DNA from: Malacoraja senta
Lineage: Eukaryota
Assembly: GCA_038087875.1 (NCBI GenBank)
Contig: CM075980.1
Coordinates: 9,238,001 to 9,302,000, forward strand
DNA length: 64,000 bases
Reading direction: 5' to 3'
The translations under genes were made by a program, and so were the position numbers. Within the stretch, counting starts at the first letter, position 1; each line of letters begins with the position of its first letter. Below the pieces are notes generated by a model that was given only the letters and a program-made list of their open reading frames with translations, was not told the origin of the DNA and ran no database searches. Positions 45,721 through 58,093 of the stretch are shown piece by piece.

Positions 45721-48616
45721 GGTCACCTCACAGAATGTGGTCCGTTGGTCAGGAGGGTGCTGATTCCGTTCCAATAGTTTGGAGATGAGCTTGCTTATGA
45801 TAATGGTATTGAAAGCAGGGCTCTAGTCTATGAATAGGAGTCTGATGTAGGTGCTCGTCTCATCCAGATGTTCTAGGGACAAGTGTAGGTGCCAGAGAGA
45901 TGGCATCAGCAGTTGACCTGTTGTGGTAGTAGGTGAACTGCTGTAGATCAAGGCTGCTTGGTAGGCTGAATCTAGCTGCTCTAGAAGCAATTCGTAATGG
46001 TGGATGTCAAGACATCTGGACGATAGTCATTACAGCATGAAATCTCGATTTTCTTTGGCACGGAGGTGATAGTGGTCTTCTTGATGCATGTCCGTATCTC
46101 AGAATTAATTCCCGGTCTACAATTAGACCTGTCCCCTTCACCAGAAAGAGCAAAATATATGATTCTTGATGATCTACATTGATATCCTACACCCAGTTCC
46201 AAGTCGAACATATCCATGCTTTGTCCCCATTTTCCTTTCCCCCGCGAGGCTTCGTTTGCGTTTGATGGGCGACGGGTATTTTGGAAATACAGGTCGGCGT
46301 TTAGTGTTTCATCAACGCAGTATTCCTCAACCTCCATACGAGCTTGGATATTTGGCCCAGCAAGCTCCTGCCTTCACATCTTCGCGGCGCCACGTGGTTT
46401 ATTTACACTCAGAAATGACAAGGAACAATAATCTTGCTGATAGTCCCTCCCCACGAACCCCTATTCGCCAACGACACCTCTTCCCTACTCTGGAACCATT
46501 GGTGCTGGCCAGTGGCAGATCCGTCGATGGATCTTTCCTGGGATCCTGAAACTCATCCCGTTGTTCAATGGCTTTAATGTTCACATCAATGGTAGGCTCT
46601 TCTGCGTTCCGGCTGTATTTGGTGAGATTATGTTGGTTCTGGTACAGTGGAATTGCAATGCAGTTTGTGGAAGTAGGTTGGTCAGACCAGGCATGAAGGA
46701 CAATTTACATGTTAAAATTGTTCCACTTCCAACGGTGTCAGATGGTGTAACCTGAATCCAATGAATTCCAAAGGTGTAACCTGAATCAAATAATCCACAT
46801 TTTTAAATGACTTTTAAAATAAATAAATTTGAAATATATGTAGAAAACTGCTACAGTTTCAGAAGGAAATGTCACTTCCTAATAAAAAAAATAGAGCGGG
46901 GCTCTAAAATTTGGTCAACAGAGATGGCTTTTGAGGTCAGATACAAGGAGGAGTACAAAGTAGTGAGATGAATATATGTTGGTGTGAACTTCCAGAGATT
47001 TGGGATTTGCCAGGTGAAGACTGACGCCAATAATAAAAATAGTTAAAGCCAGGGATGCTTTCAGGTCCAGAATTTGAGACCTGCTGCTCTTTCCAGTTGA
47101 TATATTCTTTGTGTCTGATCAGCTATTTATTAAAAACGTTCCTCCTATTGAGGTAGTTAGTCTGGTGAAATGAATAATGGGGTTTTCAATGAAATTAGGC
47201 GAGAATCAAAATATAGAACAACATCTTTTAAAGGTGCCTCGACTGCAACCCATTGTGATATATATTCAATTGCATTGCTGTACTTTAGTAAATTTCACCA
47301 GTTGTTATATCCACCATGTACTGCATTTACAACTCATAAGTCTGCGTAACAACCTGGGGGCTCTCGTGAATATTCTCATTTGTTCTGCAATTTGGTTGTC
47401 TTCCGGAAGAAAACCCAGAGGGAAATATCTCTCATTCCTGGTTAGACTTAATTTCACAGAAGAAATGGTAGTACAAGTCTCGCATAATATTACGTAAATA
47501 AATGATTGGAAAGTTTATGAAATTGCATTTATTTTAATGCATATCATTCGTAAATAACAATATAATTGGGAACACAAGTGGATGGATCTCAGTTCACAAC
47601 CGTTGGTTCTTGATTCTCCTACTCTGCGTAAAAGAGTAGAGAACGAAGGGTTAAGGTGAGAGGGGAATGATTTAATAGGAACCTAAGGGGCAACATTTTC
47701 GCACAGAGGTTGGTGAGTATATGGAACGAGCTGCCACAAGAGGTAGTTCAAACAGGTACTATAACAACATTTAAAAAAACATTTGGCCAGGTACATTGAT
47801 AGGAAAGGTTTAGAGGGAAACGGGCCAAACGCGGGCAGGTGGGACTCGTTGGGCCGAAGGGCTGTTTCCCTACTGAATAACTCCAAGTGATACATGCTGA
47901 CAGCGGATCTGCAGAAATCATCCGGACCTGTACAAAAAGAATCCCAGTTGGCAGAGGAATGCGGGGGCTGGTGAGCAGGAACACTTATCTCTGTATCGTA
48001 AAATAAAGTTGTCTGGCCGCTCACAATAACCCAAGATGTAGCTTCGAGTAAATTTTCACCCTGCATGATGTGGCGCTGCATTCGACGATCTTCTGTGGTA
48101 CCTGCCGTTATCTTGCTCTTAGATGCTGAATCAATCCAAAATAGTGACATCATCTGCAGCACCTTTGGGATATTTACAGTTCTTGTCATTTATGGGGAGG
48201 CAAATGCAAACTGCTTGATGTGAAAATACTGGTATTGCCCAAATGTTCGTCTCTGTGCCGTACAGTCTTGCAACAGTAGATGGCAGCATTGCATCGGTTA
48301 TGAAATAATGTTCATTTATTGCGGAGATAGGACAAATTGTCAATTATCACTGTAGCAATATAAACCCATCTAATGTCTACTAATTTGGCGATTATGGGTG
48401 TGGATGCGAATATACTAAGTGAGGAGCGGCTTTAACTTTTGACACATGACAGTAAAAAAGACGGAGGAAATAAACTTACTGAATGCTCAATTGCACTTGG
48501 AGAAACAAACACAAAATATTTTTCCTCGTAAGTGCAATTCATAGTGACATAGTCTTAAAAAAAGAGTTCGGACAAACAACATACAAGCAGCTCGCTCTGG
48601 ATAAAGGATGTAATAG

Positions 48617-49126
48617 GCTGGGTGAGTGGGCAAATGCATGGCAGATGCAATATAATGTGGATAAATGTGAGGTTATCCACTTTGGTGGCAAAAACATGAA
48701 AGTAGACTATCATCTAAATGGTGGCCGCTTAGGAAAAGGGGAGATGCAACCTGGGTGTCATGGTACACCAGTCATTGAAAGTAGGCATGCAGGTGCAGCA
48801 GGCAGTGAAGAAAGCGAATGGTATGTTAGCATTCATAGCAAAAGGAGTTGAGTATAGGAGCAGGGAGGTTCTAGTGCAGTTGTACAGGGTCTTGGTGAGA
48901 CCACACCTGGAGTATTATGCGTACAGGTAGTTGAGGCCAGTTCATTGGCTATATTTAAGAGGGAGTTAGATGTGGCCCTTGTGGCTAAAGGGATCAGGTG
49001 GTATGGAGAGAAGGCAGGTACAGGATACTGAGTTGGATGATCAGCCATGATCATATTGAATGGCGGTGCAGGCTCGAAGGGCAGAATGGCCTACTCCTGC
49101 ACCTATTTTCTATGTTTCTATGTTTC
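48617..49126 (+). mobile_element. CR1 LINE insertion present in copy B and absent from copy A, 6-bp TSD TAATAG
   Basis: TAATAG|gctgggtgag…(tttctatg)n tttc|TAATAG. Copy A has a single taatag at ~33016. Encodes an RT piece, RLGEWANAWQMQYNVDKCEVIHFG. Confidence 0.85.
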
Positions 49127-52100
49127 TAATAGAAATCGACCGCGTGGGCAGAAGATACTGATGCAGTCTCCGATTATAACGGTAGATGGCGGTGCAGTAC
49201 CTTACTTCTGTGCTGAAGCTCAACCCGCCAATTCTGAAATGGGTCAACCGCAATATTGTGTCTCTGAGCTCACGTATAGACCAGACCAGCAATAATTGGA
49301 CTATTTTCCCCTTCAAGGATATATTTGGGATCCAGTTGATTTGTAATAATCAATCATACACCGTGATGTTTCTTTTGAAAGATTCTAGACACTTAACAGA
49401 ATTTAGATTCCACACGTTCTCTTTTAAAATAGGTCTGGATATATGGTCAAGGCCTCTGCGTTCGTAATGATGTGATTTCGGTTCGATAACATTGCTTATC
49501 TGCACTTCCTTCACCTTTGCAGGGAGCGATTTTGCGGAATCTTTCACTGCATAAAAATATTCTCCTTTCACAGTTTTCTGATTCTGCTACGGTCTAACCA
49601 GCTTGACAGCTAACCTCTCCGCTTACTCAATACTATGTTCTTTGCAACCCAACATATATCACAGGTTTTGCTCACTACTCTCGCGATGTATCTTTCTACC
49701 TTGCCAGATGTGTGCTCATGAAACTAAAGTTCCTCTGTTCCTGCGCACTATGAACTACATTGCCCCCTCCCCGCCTTCCCTACACGAGGCAAAATGTCCT
49801 AGCTCATACTTCTCTGTGAGAGATTTCATCCATCACTCATCTCCTCGTTCTCCTGTCATATTTAAGTTTAAAGTGCACGCTGAGTACTCCTTTCTCTCTC
49901 CTGCGTGTAAGCCGCTATTCTATCACGATTGTCGATGTGAATATATTGCTGTCGGTAGAGAACTCAACTAGATATGGGGATAGAGGAGAATGAAATAATT
50001 GGCCAAAATGTTCGTGCATTTTGAATGTGAATAATAAGAATGTTACCTTATATATCTCCGGGAGAGCCTTTAATTTTTTTCCCGACAAACATGAAGACAG
50101 TTGCAAACAGCATTTTGTACATTTGATTGGGTTTGCTTTATCTATGACTTGCCCGAAATCGAAGCTCTGGACCATGCAGAGTGGTTGCTTTGAATTTATT
50201 GTTGCTATTCTCCATTACATGGTTTATTGTATTTGATGGACCTGTTCGGCAGATTCTGAGTAATTGTGGGGCTGGAGACACATACATTTTAGACTTTTCC
50301 TTGTTAAAGTAACTGAAATTACTTTTAATTACAACCCAATAGCGTCATGCTCGCGTTACCAATTCCAGCTTTTAATTTCAGATTTACTTTAACTCTGATA
50401 TCAGCGCCAAATCACAGAATTATATTGAATTCAGTTATACATGAATATGATTCTCCACTTCCATTAGTGACATTACTTCAGACCCCCATGAGCTGCATTT
50501 GCCATCTACATCCTCCATTCAGATGTCCGCACTCACCAAGCTTATTTCTTCAGATCTGGCCTGGTAGCTGTCTCCAGCTCTCTGCAAGGAGACCGTGAAA
50601 GCGGGCTCGGACTGGGGTGAGTAGGTCTGAGAGAGCCGCGGCAACGGACTTGCCCTTGAACCAGGCAGGATACATCCATCCCGAGGTTTCCATGTCCTCT
50701 AGAGATGCTGCACGACCCGCTGAGTTTCTCTAGCACATTGTGTTTTTTTTTAAATCAGCAGCTGAAGTTCTCAGTACCCCCCAAAGTTTCCATCTATAAA
50801 TTTGCCAAGGTGTTTGGTTCTGAATATCAATGAAAGTCATAAAGATTTTAAAAAACGACGGCATGAGATGAACGCTATTCTCTTAAAAGAAACAGAAAAT
50901 GAAATTACATCTCATTTAACACTGAGAACTCTTGCTTGCAGAAACATCGCAGGCACGTGGACTGAGACAGAAAAAAAACATAGGAACAAATTATACATCA
51001 ATTATACATACAAATCTGAAAGAAACAAACAAGATTGCGTCCAAAAACACAATTAAAAAAAACATGTCGATAGGAAGGAATGTGCAAGGAATGGGGCATG
51101 GTGTCCCTTTGTGGAGGCAAGATTAGGGTTATGTAGGTCGTTCCAAAAACTGGATATTTGTAGGCAAGTAACTGTTCTTGAACCGGGTGGTGTACTTTCT
51201 GTAGTAGATCTGTAAAAGTTTGTTGGAGTATTTGGAGACATAAAGTATTTCTTTAAAATTCTTTGAAAGTAGAAGCATTGGCGCTCCTTCGTGGATGCAT
51301 TTGTTTGCTGGGCCCGAGACGACATCCACGATGTTAATGCCGTGAATTTAAAGCTAATAACTCTCTCCACCACTGCTCCACCAAAAACAAACTGGCCTGA
51401 GGTCCCCGGACTTCCTCTTTCTGAAGTCAGCGACCACTTCGGTCTTGTTGCTTTGTTGCTTTGGAGCGAAAGGTTGTTGTTCTGACACCACTCAACCAAG
51501 TGTTCCGTCTCTCTTTATGTTCACGCAGCACCATCAGTGATTCATCCAAACAGAATGGTATTGGGGGTGGATCAATAGATGACTTTGGAGCTGTGGGTGT
51601 AAAGGAAGTAGCCATGGGTGTAAATGAAGTAGAACAGGGTGCAAAGCACGCAGCCTTGAGATGCACTGTGTTGATGATCAATGGGGAGGAGATGATGTTC
51701 CCCATCCGCACTCGGTCACGAAGCTAATTCACCAAACAGTAAAATGGAGACTAATCTGATTGTAACCTCTGATGTGCGGTCCCATCCACCTCTGTAACAT
51801 ATCACTACCCACCTTGTTTATTAGGAATATTTCTACCTTTGAAAAATAATAAAGACTGCTTCTAGCACATTTTCAGAAACGTAATTGATGAGGCTTTCTC
51901 CATTCTGATAGATATGTTTGTTTCTTCACTTTTGAAGTAGGCATTCATTTTTGTGTAACCGGTGACGTTTAGTTTTAGATTACCCCAGACGAATTGTCCT
52001 CGCCCTTCACATGCTGTTAAGACCCCGCATAATCACCTGTGCTTCAATTAAAGCACCTCTCACGCTTCTAACCGTCGAGCAATTCCTCATAAAACAACTC

Positions 52101-54893
52101 ACTCGTTGCAGATATGGGTCTACTAGTAATCATTTTCTGAATTGCTTCAAAGGCATTTACAGTTCAATACTCTGTTCGATTCTGCGATAAAGTATAACTG
52201 AAGCACTATCAACCTCTCTCTTTTGCATTCGTTTTTTCTGGCGTAAGATGCTAACACTGTTACCTTTCATAGGTAGTTGTTGTACCTCATTCCAGCCTGT
52301 TGCGAATCCTACCAGGGAACCGAAATAATTCTGCATCTCAAAACACTGCAAGCTGTCATAATGTAAATAAGAAGGGTCTCGACCCGAAACGTCACCTATT
52401 CCTTCTCTCCAGAGATGCTGCCTGTCCCGCTGAGTTACTCCAGTCTTTTGTGTCTATATTGTAAAGAACATTATTTTATATCATTTACCCTTCCAAAATT
52501 GACATTTCACATGTTCCCACATCGTGGCATTTGCCCATTCACTGGAACTGTCGCCTTGTTTGGTTCTTCATGTCATTAGGAAATTCAACAGCCAGACATT
52601 TTTCAGCCGTGTGTATACATTTTTGGAAATTGGGGCTCCAGCACTGATCTATGAGGCACATAAGTTTTTGCATCTTTCCAACCAGAAATTAGCCTGTTTA
52701 TGCGTTTTCTATATTTCCAACTGATCACCCAATGTTCTGTTCTTCCGATGACCATAAACATCAGGACTCTTGGGAAATAGGAGCAGGAGTAGGCCATTCG
52801 GTCCTTCGAGCAGCACCTCCATTCAATATGATCATGGCTGATCATCCAAAATCAGTACCCCGTACCTGCTTTCTCCCACATCCCTTGATTCCGTCAGCCC
52901 TAAAAGCTATATCTAACTCTCTCTTGAACATATCCAGTGAATTGGCCTCCACTGCCTTCAGTGGCAGAGAATACAACAGATTCACAACTCTCTCGGTAAA
53001 AATGTGTTTCCGCATCTCAGTCCTAAATGCCCTACCACTTATTTTTAAACGGCGACCCCTGGTTCTTGACTCCCCTAACATCGGGCATATGTTACCTGCA
53101 TCTAACGCATCCAATCCCTTAAGAATGTTATATCTTTCTATAAGAACCCCTCTCAGCCTTCCGAATTCCAGTGCATATAAGCCCAGTCAATCATTTGTCA
53201 GTTCCACCATACCGGGAATTAATCTGGTGAACCTACGTTGCACTCCCTCAATAGCAAGAATGTCCTTCTTCAAATTAGGCAACTAAAACGGCACACATTT
53301 CTCCAGGTGTGGTCTCACCAGGGCCCTGCAGTAGGTCCACCTTTCTCCAATACTCAAATCCTCTCGCTATGAAGGCCAACATGTAATTTGCTTTCTTCAC
53401 TGCCTGCTGTACCTGCATGCTTTCTTTCAGTGACTGATGTTCAAGGACACCCAGGTCTCGTTGCACCTCCCCTTTCCCTAATCTGACACCATTGAGATAA
53501 TAATCTGACCTTGTTTTTGCCACCAAAGTGGATAACCTCATATTTATCCACACAATACTGCATATGCCATGCATCTGCCCACTCATCCATCTTGTGCGTC
53601 ACCCTGCAGCCTCATAGCATCTTCCTCGCAGCTCACACTGCCACTCTACTCTTTGCTTCCTGTCTGCCATACAGTTCTCCATCCGTCAATACCCTACACC
53701 CAATATTACCGTATTATTTACCATATCAACCTTTGATTCATCTCCTTAACAAATGCCTGCTCGAAATTATATCTGCCTGGCATGGTACTTCTTCAAAGCC
53801 TTCCGTTAAGTTGGTGAAACATCGTTCATGAATTCATTGATTGTAGGAGGAGAATTTGGCTATTCGGCCCATCAATTCTACCCCACCATTCTATCACGCT
53901 TGATTTATCTTTTCTTCTCAACCCCATTCTCCTGACTTCTTCTCATAACCCTTAACATAGTTACTAATCAACAACCACTCAATCTCCACCTTAAAAATAT
54001 CAATTGACTTGGCTTCCACAGCCTTCTGTGGCAATGAATTCAACAAATTCACCACCCTCTCACTAAATTATCTTTTGGGAAATCCTGCACCAGCACTCCT
54101 GAGCCCCTTTGCTCTCTCTTTATCAACAACATTTTAACTTTTGCGAGCTAATCTGGATCATTTTGTCAGTACCCTTTATATCGTTTTGGTAACAGCTTCC
54201 AATATTTCTCCAGGACAGATGTGCAACCAACTGGCCTGCGGTGGACGACTTTCTGTCTCTCTTCCTTTCTGAACGTCTATGGCAGTGTTGAAATAAAAAA
54301 AATCAAACCAATGAATTCAGTACTGCAAGGGAATTAATTAAGACTCTAGAATGAAATACAATACATCTCAACGCCCTGTCAGCCCGATGAAAAATTACCA
54401 TTTAAATAATCTGCCATCTCCATATTCCCCTTTAATTATACGACTGCGAATTATTTGTAGGAAAAGGACAAATGTATTATTTTATACTTATTTGGGAGCT
54501 TAAGGGGATTAGTGCAAAATCTGTACAGTCCCATCATTCAACACAGCTGACCCCTTTTACTCAGTAAATAAGAGCCTGCTCTCACACAACAGTTCCCGTC
54601 TGAGTCTCAGAGCTTCTCTCCCCCTCCCCCCGCCGCCGTTGAGATCACCGTTGTCTGCTATTCTCCTCCCACTTAAAACATTTTGAATATTTCTTTCTCC
54701 CAAAGGGCTGGAGCTGCAGAAATCTCATTTTACACCGAGCCAATAATTCAGTGAATCGATGTCACGTGGATAAAGGTTTGACATGAATAATTAATAATTA
54801 GTGACGTTGGGATGCTGAAGACTTTAAAAGAGAAGCGTCGAAAGGGCTCAAAACCTCGCTTGTGTAGCAAAATATTCCTTTATCACCTTCGAC

Positions 54894-54939
54894 ATGGCTG
54901 CATGGGTTTGGGTTCTCGCCTTGGTGACCTGTTTCCACT
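54894..54939 (+). CDS. IGL: IgL cluster 2 leader exon
   Basis: Same sequence as the cluster 1 leader, donor GTGAGT. Confidence 0.93.
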
Positions 54940-57900
54940 GTGAGTAGAGCGCAGAATGATTAATACTCTATCGTTTTACAATTGCTGTGTTTTTTCTAAT
55001 GGTTCTGTATATTTATCTGTTTTTTCTATCAGGTATAAACGCGGAGACTACCTTGACTCAGGTCCCGGCTATATCAACCTCGCCGGGAAAAACGGTCAAA
55101 ATCACCTGTACCCTGTCAGGGGGCAGCATCGGTAGCTACTACACGAGCTGGTACTGGCAGAAGCCGGACAGCAGCCCTGTCTTCGTGTGGTATGGAAGCT
55201 CCACCAGAGGCACCGGAATTCCAGACAGATTTACGGGTTCCGTGGACTCATCCATTAACCAAATGCATTTAACCATCACCAACGTGCAATCGGAGGACGC
55301 TGCCGATTATTACTGTGGTGCGTGGCACAGCAGTAACTACAAATTATCCTTTGGGAGAGGAACCAAACTGAATCTAAGCAGTAAGTAAAATATTCACGTT
55401 TTGATACAACGAATCGTTGAACTTAGGTTTTGCTTTCCTTCATAAATCCTCGGTAGAAAGGTCATATTAAACCTAAGTAGAACACAACGGGTCAGCTAGC
55501 ATCTCCGGTAGACGTATGGATGGGCAATATTTCGTGTCGGAACAAAGTCTCTTTGGGAGACTGTACCGAAAGGAAAATCGTCGTTCTATGTCCTCCAGAG
55601 ATGCTGTCGGATCCGCTGTGCTGTACTCAAGATGGCAACTTGTTTCTCCTACGTGAACTTGGTGTTTATGATCCTTTATCTCCATCCCTACAACACTCCG
55701 AGAAATCTGCGCTCACCTAACCGTGGCTTCTTGATCATCGTGGAATTTAACGCCTTCACATACTGACAGTTGTGCTTCAAAGTTGTTAAATTCTGAAATG
55801 ATATCCTGAAGCTCTATTTTCCCCTTTCTTCCCCGATGTTCATGAAACCTGTTCCTTTAACAGAAATACCGATTCTCTGATTTGAAGTATCCTCAAATGG
55901 CGGGTTTCGTCCGAGACTGCTGCTATTGATCACTTTGCTTCAATATAAGCGTAATGCAAACGAAAACTGTTGCCGTTTCCTGAAGAAATGTTCGGGAAAT
56001 TATGAGATTTTATTAGTTTTCGGTATATTGTGGATACGGAGAATACCAACTCTGACAGTGGGCCAAATAGAATCATTGGAAGCATCCAACTGAAAGTTAA
56101 TAAACATTTGGCAAGGGATGTTGGTGAATTAAATGGGATATTTTTTAAAATTGCAAATACCCATTAGGGCAAATTGCGCGAAGTTGATTTCTGATCGTTT
56201 TAATGATACCATGAGGGTGAAGTGGCGTTTCGACAGGTTTACATGGGCTCCCGACAACAGCGCTAAAACTAATTGTCAAGGAAAAGGTAAAAAAACAAAT
56301 ATTTAAACGCTTCGCACGGCACCATTTCAATTCCCTTTACGCGAAAGTGTGGAGGATTGTTGCAAGTCTGATTCAGCTCCGAAATTAGAAACAAGAGCAG
56401 AACCGTATTCGGGTTCATTTCTCCTTCAGCTCGCCATTGCCTCCTTAGCTGATCACATTTGTTTGGATATGCCTTTGTACCCACCTTGTAGAACCTGCAA
56501 GGGATTTTGATGCTGGTTCTCCGATTGTCATCGAGTGTATGATATAGCAGAAAACACAGACTGTTCATTATGCTGTTAAACATGATCCCTCTGATTGTTG
56601 ATGTTATTTACGGGCAGGCAGTTGGTAGACCGACATGTTAAAAAGCTTAAAAGAGCGAGACATCATTTTGCCATTTTCGGATAAATTAGTGCAGAAATGG
56701 GCACACAAGTATACGAGGTTATTGCTGAATTGCCTAGAACCGAAAGATTGGAAGGATATATTACAGCGTCTTTAAATTCAGCATTAGATTGATATGTTTT
56801 TTTAAGTCCGAATATGTTGGATGTTAAACCCAGAGCTGTCTCGATATGTGTCAGAAGGAATTTGAATCTGACAAAACATTTCTTTAGTTTAACCTTTCAT
56901 ATTGCTGACCGCCACAATCCTTGAATCAATGGACTTTCTGGACGATGTGGAAGATTCACTAATAAGTAACATTCTAAAGACTATTCCGGGAAAGAATTGG
57001 GATTACTGTTTAAACAAGCATTGATTTGGAAATGCTGCTCATTCTGCCAGGATGAGTTGTGATTCAATTTTTCCTTCCCGTTTCCATGATCTGAAGAAAA
57101 TCGTAGGCCACATGTTTTACCAAACCTCGGATATTCGCACAGTAAAAATTAACTTATCATGTTTCTGCTGTATAAAATGAGGTTTATAAATCAACGATAA
57201 TTGTAAAGCCAGTGCAGTACACCGCCATAGAGCCACAGTCATAGAGTTATGCAGCGGTGGAACAGTCCTGAAGTCCACTTATTTCATGCCGACCGAGGTG
57301 CCCTACTTGAGCTGGTCCCATTTGCGCGTGCCAGGCCCATATCTCTTTGAACCTTTCTTATCCAAGTATTAATTCAAATGTTTTTTTAAATGGTGTTATT
57401 GTACCTGCCTCATCAACTTCGCCGGGGAACTCTTTCCATGGAGTCAACGCATTATGTGTACAAATGTTGCACTGAACCTAAACTCTCTAATTCTTCATTC
57501 TCCTACTATGGGGAAAACCATAAGTATTCCGTGCGCTAACCCTATGTATTCCCCTCGCGATTTTGTATACCGCCATGCGATCACCCCAAGGACTTCTACA
57601 TACCAAGGACTAACGTCCTCGCATGTCCAATCTATGCCTATAGTTCAGGCGTTCGAAACCTGGCACCGTCGTCGTAAATCTTGCCTGGAGTCGTTCCAAC
57701 TGAATCGATTCTGACTTTTAACGTCAACTGATAAATAACTCACTTGAATTTATTTCAATTCAATTTTCAGGTCCGCGGACCCCCACCGTTTCCATTCTGG
57801 CGCCTTCAATGGGTGAAGTCACCGCAAAAAGTACTGCCACCCTGGTGTGTTTGGTGAGCGGGTTCAATCCGGGCGCTGTTGACATTGAATGGACCGTAGA

Positions 57901-58093
57901 CGGCAGTGCGAGAAGTGATGGCGCTGCGACCAGCCGGGTCCAGCAGGAGAAGGACAACTCGTTCAGTGCGAGCAGTTACCTGACTCTGCCAGCCTCCGAC
58001 TGGAACTCACACGACCTTTACTCCTGTGTGGTTAAACACGAAACCCAGGCAAACCCGATTAAGGCCAATATCGCCAGATCTAGTTGCCTCTAA
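54894..58093 (+). CDS. IGL: Immunoglobulin lambda (type II/NS3-like) light chain, germline-joined cluster 2 (L-VJ-C)
   Basis: Leader 54894-54939, VJ 55033-55380 (…SGGSIGSYYTSWYWQKP…YYCGAWHSSNYKLSFGRGTKLNLS), C 57771-58093. Splice sites and frame intact. Confidence 0.95.
55033..55380 (+). CDS. IGL: IgL cluster 2 pre-joined VJ exon
   Basis: 348 nt, same length as cluster 1, donor GTAAGT at 55381. Confidence 0.96.
57771..58093 (+). CDS. IGL: IgL cluster 2 constant exon
   Basis: ttttcag|GTCCGCGGACC…; 4 nt differences from the cluster 1 C exon. Confidence 0.96.

Noticed and set aside
46490-46760. Minus-strand frame with Ig-like GTILTCKLSF (also ~62350-62610) as an extra Ig exon
   Set aside because: The frame stops after ~56 codons, has no W or second-Cys motif and no usable donor.
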